From positions 1 to 24,204 of the forward strand of contig JBCAXC010000001.1 of the NCBI GenBank assembly GCA_038534255.1: a DNA stretch of 24,204 bases, given 5' to 3'. Under the pieces are notes generated by a model. That model made no database searches. It was given only the letters and a program-made list of their open reading frames with translations, and was not told where the DNA came from. This document shows positions 16,904 through 24,204 of this stretch, piece after piece. The position numbers and the translations under genes were made by a program. Numbering within the stretch: the stretch's first letter is position 1; each line of letters starts with the position of its first letter. This stretch comes from Pseudomonadota bacterium. Lineage in GTDB: Bacteria; Pseudomonadota; Alphaproteobacteria; Rhizobiales; CALHAX01.

Positions 16904-17116
16904 CTCGATCTCCAGAACAGGGGTGCACGACGTCACGCGTAGACGGCGTTTGGTGTGAGGAACACCCCGACTACGGGGCGCCTTGCACGGTGCGCGTTGG
17001 TTCGGTCGTGCTTATAGCGGGCGGGATTTGCGTTGTCCTGCCCCGCTCAACCGCTCTCCCCATCCTTAGGCTCACGCGACACGGCGCGACGGCATATTGG
17101 GCGGAGGCGGCCCCTC

Positions 17117-18424
17117 CTATTGGAGCGTGTCTACGTCTGTCTGGGTGACGATGTACGAGCCGGAGAAGCTGATGATGTCACCTGGGGCCAGAGTATCCCA
17201 CGATGCGTCGGCCGCGGCATCCGTCGAATCCCCCGCAGGTGCTGTGTCCGTGACAAGTGTCTCGCCGTTTGGCACGGGTGGCGGCCCGCTGCCATTGTGA
17301 CTGTCACTGACCGTCACGCCGTTGATCGGCATGTTGCCAGTGTTGGTGACCGTGTAGGTGTAAACGATCGTTTCACCGGCACCGCGATCCGTGTCGTCGT
17401 CTGCGCGTTTCACGAGGTCGAGTTCCGGCATGGGTGGCAGCGTCAGGACGGTCGGATTGTCATCCGCGTTGGTGGCACCCGAGAGGTCTGTTGCCGCCTC
17501 GTTGTGAAAGTCCACCCCATCGGCGCGTGCCTGGTTTGAGAGTGCGCCTGCGTTTATGTCCGCCTGTTCCAACGCGTAGGACGCGGTAAACGTCACCGTT
17601 TCGCCGGGTCGGATGTCAGTCGGGGTGCCGGCGCCGCTGTCATAGTCGTTGCCGCCGGACGAGAGCGCGGGTGATGGAACGGTGCCAGCACCGGTGAAGT
17701 CACCGGCCTGATCGGTGACAGCGACATTGAACACGGTCTCGTTTGTCGTGTTGGTGACGACGTACGTGTAGCTCACGGTGTCACCCGCATGCGCGATGCC
17801 ATCTCCGCCATCGTTGATCACGCCGGATTTGATGACGGCCAGCTCTGGCGGGTCGGAGGTCAACTGGAACTCGCGGAACGCGTTCTCAATGGTACCGCTA
17901 CCACGCAGGTTGTCGATCCGAACAGCGGTGATGGCCGGGAGTGCATCCGGGCCGCCGAGGGATGCAAAAGTGACGAACTTCGGATCGTTCGCCGACAACG
18001 TGTCGCCGATGTCCACGTCGTTTGCGGTCAATGTCTGCGGTGTGTTTGTAATCGGATCCGTATAGTCGATCTCGATATCGAAGATGCGCAGCTCGTCGTC
18101 GGTATACACGCTCCCGGAGTTCGACCACACGGTGATGCCGTGATAAAATTCGTCAATGTTCGGGGCGTTGAACGTGAACGTGATCTCGTGCGACGGCTGA
18201 CCGGGCTCCGGGCAGTATCCCGCTGTGGCGGTTATGTCGCCGTCCGACGCCACAGCGACGTTGGCAATACAGGCACCGTTATGCCGAATAGGTACGAAAT
18301 TTTCGGTGACCACGTCCGCGACGCGATTGGCGGCAGATGCGGCGTCTGACCAGGCTGTCACAACCAGCACGGAGAGAACCGCCGCCCATCGCGTCGCTGC
18401 GCGTTTGTGACAAGGGGAGACCAT
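17117..18424 (-). CDS. Secreted protein: beta-sandwich N-terminal domain + two DUF11/DUF7507-type Ig-like repeats, 435 aa
   Basis: Signal peptide ending ..DAASA. Repeats PEL..K...G(D/E)T(V/I).YTY.VTN...V.V.D...PG(E/D)...F..SY...Q.D at aa 193-330 and 333-435. Confidence 0.8.
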   Translation of the reverse strand: MVSPCHKRAATRWAAVLSVLVVTAWSDAASAANRVADVVTENFVPIRHNGACIANVAVASDGDITATAGYCPEPGQPSHEITFTFNAPNIDEFYHGITVWSNSGSVYTDDELRIFDIEIDYTDPITNTPQTLTANDVDIGDTLSANDPKFVTFASLGGPDALPAITAVRIDNLRGSGTIENAFREFQLTSDPPELAVIKSGVINDGGDGIAHAGDTVSYTYVVTNTTNETVFNVAVTDQAGDFTGAGTVPSPALSSGGNDYDSGAGTPTDIRPGETVTFTASYALEQADINAGALSNQARADGVDFHNEAATDLSGATNADDNPTVLTLPPMPELDLVKRADDDTDRGAGETIVYTYTVTNTGNMPINGVTVSDSHNGSGPPPVPNGETLVTDTAPAGDSTDAAADASWDTLAPGDIISFSGSYIVTQTDVDTLQ

Positions 18425-18591
18425 CGAGAGAAGCCGCTGCGAAAATTGCCAGATCGTCAGGTGCTACTCTTCAGTTTACGTGATTCGCTTTTTTATCCAC
18501 GCATACGTCACGAACGGATTAAATTCCCCTTTCGGCCCTGTGGCCTTCCAGCGTCAGTGATTTCCGCATGCACAAGACCGCACAATGCGCG

Positions 18592-20760
<2,169 letters not shown>

Positions 20761-21312
20761 TTAACGTAGATAGTCACCGCACCGGGGCGGGGTGGAATTG
20801 CCCCACGGCATGATCGGTACGGTCGATGTCGAGTTCTTTGGGCTGCCGTCGATGAGCTTGTCGGAATAGATCAGGTAGACGAGGACGTTGCGCTTGGCGT
20901 CGCACCCGCGCACGATCCGGACCTTCTTGAAAAAGATCGAGCGGCGCTCGCGATACATCTCGGAGCCCTGCTTGAACTTTTCGCGGAACTTGACCTCGCC
21001 GACCTGGCGACAGGCGAGCGAGGCATCGGAAAGCTCTTCCGCGAGACCCAGCCAGCCGACCCAGCCGCCTTTCTCGGGCACCGTAAAGTGACATGCGACA
21101 CCCTCAACTTGCGGGTCATCGATCGCGTAGGTCGCCAGCTTGTGGTCGGGCGAGAGCAGCTTGAAGACGGTGGAGCGCTTGAAAATCAGCTCGGGTTCGT
21201 CATCGGCATGGGCGATTGTCGGAGCGAAGATATGTGTTGCGGCGATCAGCAGCGCGACGAGCGCCGGGAGGCAGCGCTGCGACACGACGATGAGGGTTGG
21301 CATGGTCTTCAT
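20761..21312 (-). CDS. creA: CreA family protein, 183 aa
   Basis: Start at ATG 21312 with GGAG RBS, signal peptide, DDPQVEGVACH, GLAEE.SDAS.ACRQVG, RSIFFK...I.R..D..RNVLVYL.YSDKLIDGSPKNSTSTVP. Confidence 0.9.
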   Translation of the reverse strand: MKTMPTLIVVSQRCLPALVALLIAATHIFAPTIAHADDEPELIFKRSTVFKLLSPDHKLATYAIDDPQVEGVACHFTVPEKGGWVGWLGLAEELSDASLACRQVGEVKFREKFKQGSEMYRERRSIFFKKVRIVRGCDAKRNVLVYLIYSDKLIDGSPKNSTSTVPIMPWGNSTPPRCGDYLR

Positions 21313-21437
21313 GAGGTCTCCGATTTGCTGATGTCGAACGGTGATTTGCGGCTCGGGCCTGCGGGATCGCAAGGCGCGGGCTGTCAACGCTGAACGTTCA
21401 TGGCAGCGCGCAGGTTCCGGCCCAGACTGATCCCCGT

Positions 21438-22745
21438 CTATCGCTTTTCTTCCGGGATCAGGCCCTGCGGCGAGAAGCGCAGTACAAGCAGCAGCACGAG
21501 ACCCATCGTCATGAGGCGCATGTGGGCGGCGCTCTCGAGCAGGTGTGCGCGCAGAGGGCTGTCGTCGGCAAGGCCGGAGGTCAGCACGTCCATCAGCCAA
21601 AGGCCGACCGGCTCTGCCTCGACCCACGCGAACCAAATGATGAACCCGCCGAGCACCGCCCCCCAGTTGTTGCCGGAGCCACCGACGATGACCATCACCC
21701 AGATGATGAACGTGAAGCGGAGTGGCTGATAGGTGTCTGGTGTGAACTGGCCGTCAAGCGTGGTCAGCATAGCGCCGGCGATGCCGATAACCGCGGAGCC
21801 GAGGACAAAGACCTGCAGATGACGCGCGGTCACGTTCTTGCCCATGGCACCGGCTGCCGTCTCGTTGTCGCGGATCGCGCGCATCATCCGCCCCCAGGGG
21901 GCGCGGAGGGCCGCCTCAGACAGCCAGAGTACGACGAGCAGGACGGAGAGAAACAACCCGGCGTAGCAGAGTTTCACGAAGATCGAGGAGGCATCGACGG
22001 GCGAGGCGCCGAACCATGCCGCCCACTCCTGAAACCAGGCGGCCTGCTGCAGATCGACTTCATAGGGGACGGGCCGCGGAAGCCCGGCGACATTCTTGAC
22101 GCCGCGGGCCAACCAGTCCTCGTTCTTGAGGATGGCGACGATGATCTCGGAGATCCCGAGTGTGGCGATAGCCAGATAGTCCGCACGCAGGCCGAGCGAG
22201 ATCTTGCCGACAATCCACGCAGCGCCCGCCGCGAGCAATCCACCCACACCCCACGACAGGATAATCGGTAGGCCGAGGCCGCCGAGATATCCCGTGCGGG
22301 CCGGTTCGATTGCTTCGATCGCCTCGACGGCCGGATCAAAGAATGCGCGGGCGGAGAAAAACCCTAGCACAATCAGCGCCGCCGCGATCCATCCGCGGAA
22401 CGGGAGCTGACGCGAGATCACGAACGCAACCGCGACAATGGTTGCCACGGCGATGAGCAAGGCGATCGCCATGTTCGTTCCACCGGCAGACCAGGCATTG
22501 GCCACAGGCGGCATGGAGACGACCACGCCGGCGAGCCCGCCAAGCGCGGCAAAGCCCATGACACCGACGTTGAACAACCCGGCGTAGCCCCACTGGATGT
22601 TCAGGCCGAGCGCCATGATTGCCGAGATCAGGCACAGGTTGAAAATGCTGAGCGCGAGCGACCAGCTTTGCGCCACACCGACGAGCGCCAGCAAGCAGCC
22701 CATGATGGCGAACATGGCGAGTTTGCGCGGTGTCCCCGTGATCAT
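21438..22745 (-). CDS. livM: Branched-chain amino acid ABC transporter permease (LivM-like)
   Basis: ALGLNIQWGYAGLFNVG, LRADYLAIATLGISEI, PWGRMMRAIRDNE.AA.AMGK, VMVIVGGSGNNWGAVLG. ATGA overlap with the livH stop. Confidence 0.9.
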   Translation of the reverse strand: MITGTPRKLAMFAIMGCLLALVGVAQSWSLALSIFNLCLISAIMALGLNIQWGYAGLFNVGVMGFAALGGLAGVVVSMPPVANAWSAGGTNMAIALLIAVATIVAVAFVISRQLPFRGWIAAALIVLGFFSARAFFDPAVEAIEAIEPARTGYLGGLGLPIILSWGVGGLLAAGAAWIVGKISLGLRADYLAIATLGISEIIVAILKNEDWLARGVKNVAGLPRPVPYEVDLQQAAWFQEWAAWFGASPVDASSIFVKLCYAGLFLSVLLVVLWLSEAALRAPWGRMMRAIRDNETAAGAMGKNVTARHLQVFVLGSAVIGIAGAMLTTLDGQFTPDTYQPLRFTFIIWVMVIVGGSGNNWGAVLGGFIIWFAWVEAEPVGLWLMDVLTSGLADDSPLRAHLLESAAHMRLMTMGLVLLLVLRFSPQGLIPEEKR

Positions 22746-23755
22746 ACCGAGCGGCCCTTGAATATTCCGGTGGGCCGGAACAGCAGCACCAGGACAAGGA
22801 TGACGAACGACACCGCGAATTTGTAGTCCGTCGAGAGGAGCTGAATGAGACCCTCTGGCTGCCAGTCTGTTGGGCCGAGATATCCGAGCACCTTGCGATA
22901 GGCGAACGTGACCGAGACTTCGGAGAAAGCGATCAGGAACCCACCCGCGATCGCGCCCAGCGGATTGCCGAGACCACCGACGATCGCGCTGGCAAAAATG
23001 GGGAGCAGGAGCTGGAAATAGGTGAACGGCTTGTAGCTCTTGTCGAGCCCATAGAGCACGCCGGCAATTGTCGCGAGCGCGGCGGTCAAGATCCAGGTGA
23101 TCATGACGACGCGCTCCGGGTTGATGCCCGAGAGCAGGGCGAGATCTTCGTTGTCGGAATACGCACGCATGGATTTCCCTGTGCGCGTGCGGTTGAGAAA
23201 CCAGAACAATGCGACGACCAGCGCCACCGTAACCACGACTGTGATCGCCTGCGACGTCTTGATTGCAAGCCCTTCATCGAGCCCGGTCATACGCTTGAAC
23301 TCGCGGGCGTTGATGATGAAGCGCGTTCCGTCATTCACGATCTGGTCGCCCGCGCCGATGATGAAGCGCACGAAGCCGCCCATGATGAACATCATGCCGA
23401 TGGACGCGATGAGGAAAGAGACGGGTGGCGCTTTTTTCTCTCGATAGAACCGGTACACCGCGCGGTCGGTCACCAGGATGAATGCGATGGTTGCGAAGAT
23501 GCCGATCGGGAGGGCGAGCAGGACGGTGGGGAGCGGGTCGATCGAGATGCCTACGGACTGAAACCACCACATGGCGAGGATCGACGCCATAGCGCCGAAA
23601 GACATCGCTTCGCCGTGCGCGAAATTCGAGAAGCGGAGAATGCCGTAGACGAGGGTGACGCCGAGAGCGCCGAGCGCGAGTTGGCATCCGTACGTGAGGC
23701 CCGGCACGATCAGAAAATTTGCGAGGATGACGAAGGCGTTGATCACATCGGTCAT
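22742..23755 (-). CDS. livH: Branched-chain amino acid ABC transporter permease (LivH-like)
   Basis: ALGALGVTLVYGILRFSNFAHGE, TRTGKSMRAYSDNEDLALLSGINPERV, SAIVGGLGNPLGAIAGG, LLFRPTGIF. Strong GGAGGAGG RBS. Confidence 0.92.
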   Translation of the reverse strand: MTDVINAFVILANFLIVPGLTYGCQLALGALGVTLVYGILRFSNFAHGEAMSFGAMASILAMWWFQSVGISIDPLPTVLLALPIGIFATIAFILVTDRAVYRFYREKKAPPVSFLIASIGMMFIMGGFVRFIIGAGDQIVNDGTRFIINAREFKRMTGLDEGLAIKTSQAITVVVTVALVVALFWFLNRTRTGKSMRAYSDNEDLALLSGINPERVVMITWILTAALATIAGVLYGLDKSYKPFTYFQLLLPIFASAIVGGLGNPLGAIAGGFLIAFSEVSVTFAYRKVLGYLGPTDWQPEGLIQLLSTDYKFAVSFVILVLVLLFRPTGIFKGRSV

Positions 23756-23824
23756 GTAGACCTCCTCCGCCGCGTCGACGGCTGAGGGCCGATCAACATG
23801 TTGTCTGATCGACGCGCCATCCGA

Positions 23825-24202
23825 TTACCCACCGAGAAACGAGCGACGGACGTCGGGGTTTGCGAGCAATGCTTCGCCTGTGTCGGTGTAGCGGTTGCGA
23901 CCTTGTACGAGCACATAGCCCTTGTCTGCAATCGAGAGGGCTTGCCGCGCGTTCTGCTCGACCATGAGGATGGTCACACCGGTTCGCGCGATCTCGATGA
24001 TGCGATCGAAGAGTTCGTCCATCACGATGGGGGAGACACCGGCGGTCGGCTCGTCCAGCATCAACACCTTGGGGCGGGTCATCAGCGCGCGACCGACGGC
24101 GACCTGCTGGCGCTGGCCGCCCGAGAGTTCTCCTGCCGGCTGGGCGCGCTTCTCCTCGAGGATCGGGAAAAGTGTGAAGACCTCGGCGAGGGTGTCCGCG
24201 AT
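23825..24202 (-). CDS. livF: Branched-chain amino acid ABC transporter ATP-binding protein (LivF-like); 5'-truncated by the window edge
   Basis: Frame is open to the window end: ...QPAGELSGGQRQQVAVGRALMTRPKVLMLDEPTAGVSP..ILMVEQNA..ADKGYVL..FLGG (ABC signature, Walker B, H-loop variant typical of LivF). Confidence 0.92.
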   Translation of the reverse strand: MADTLAEVFTLFPILEEKRAQPAGELSGGQRQQVAVGRALMTRPKVLMLDEPTAGVSPIVMDELFDRIIEIARTGVTILMVEQNARQALSIADKGYVLVQGRNRYTDTGEALLANPDVRRSFLGG

Positions 24203-24204
24203 GC

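Noticed and set aside
16904-17010. ZTP or PRPP/ppGpp riboswitch in the purL leader
   Set aside because: The conserved core sequences of these classes were not recognisable; only a generic hairpin is present.
21382-21400. TTGACA (minus strand) next to the palindrome TGAACGTTCA upstream of creA
   Set aside because: No plausible -10 element at 16-19 nt spacing, and a lone 10-bp palindrome is too weak to call.

Overview
GC-rich alphaproteobacterial (Hyphomicrobiales-like) chromosomal window made up mostly of core genes. No rRNA, tRNA, CRISPR array or mobile element was recognised. Gene order: 3' end of a formate dehydrogenase alpha subunit (+), BetA-like GMC oxidoreductase (+), HlyC/CorC CNNM transporter (-), PfkB kinase (-), M24 peptidase (+), ABM-family protein (-), rpmB (-), DUF3108 protein (+), Suv3/MgpS-like helicase, Hsp15/S4 protein and dinB (+), a 27-bp tandem repeat, then an 11-kb run of minus-strand genes: lipoprotein TolC, purL, a secreted DUF11/DUF7507-type Ig-repeat protein, fadH, creA and LivM/LivH/LivF ABC transporter components. 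The main anomalies are: (1) purL has a clean in-frame internal deletion of about 200+ codons that removes conserved ATP/Mg/substrate motifs; (2) the secreted Ig-repeat protein has a lectin-like N-terminal domain and a C-terminal Ig repeat cut short of its last strands, which resembles a donor-strand-complemented fibre tip adhesin (inference); (3) a hairpin-forming 27-bp tandem array carrying anti-Shine-Dalgarno motifs lies between convergent dinB and tolC. Family calls come from motif recognition by eye, not from database searches.
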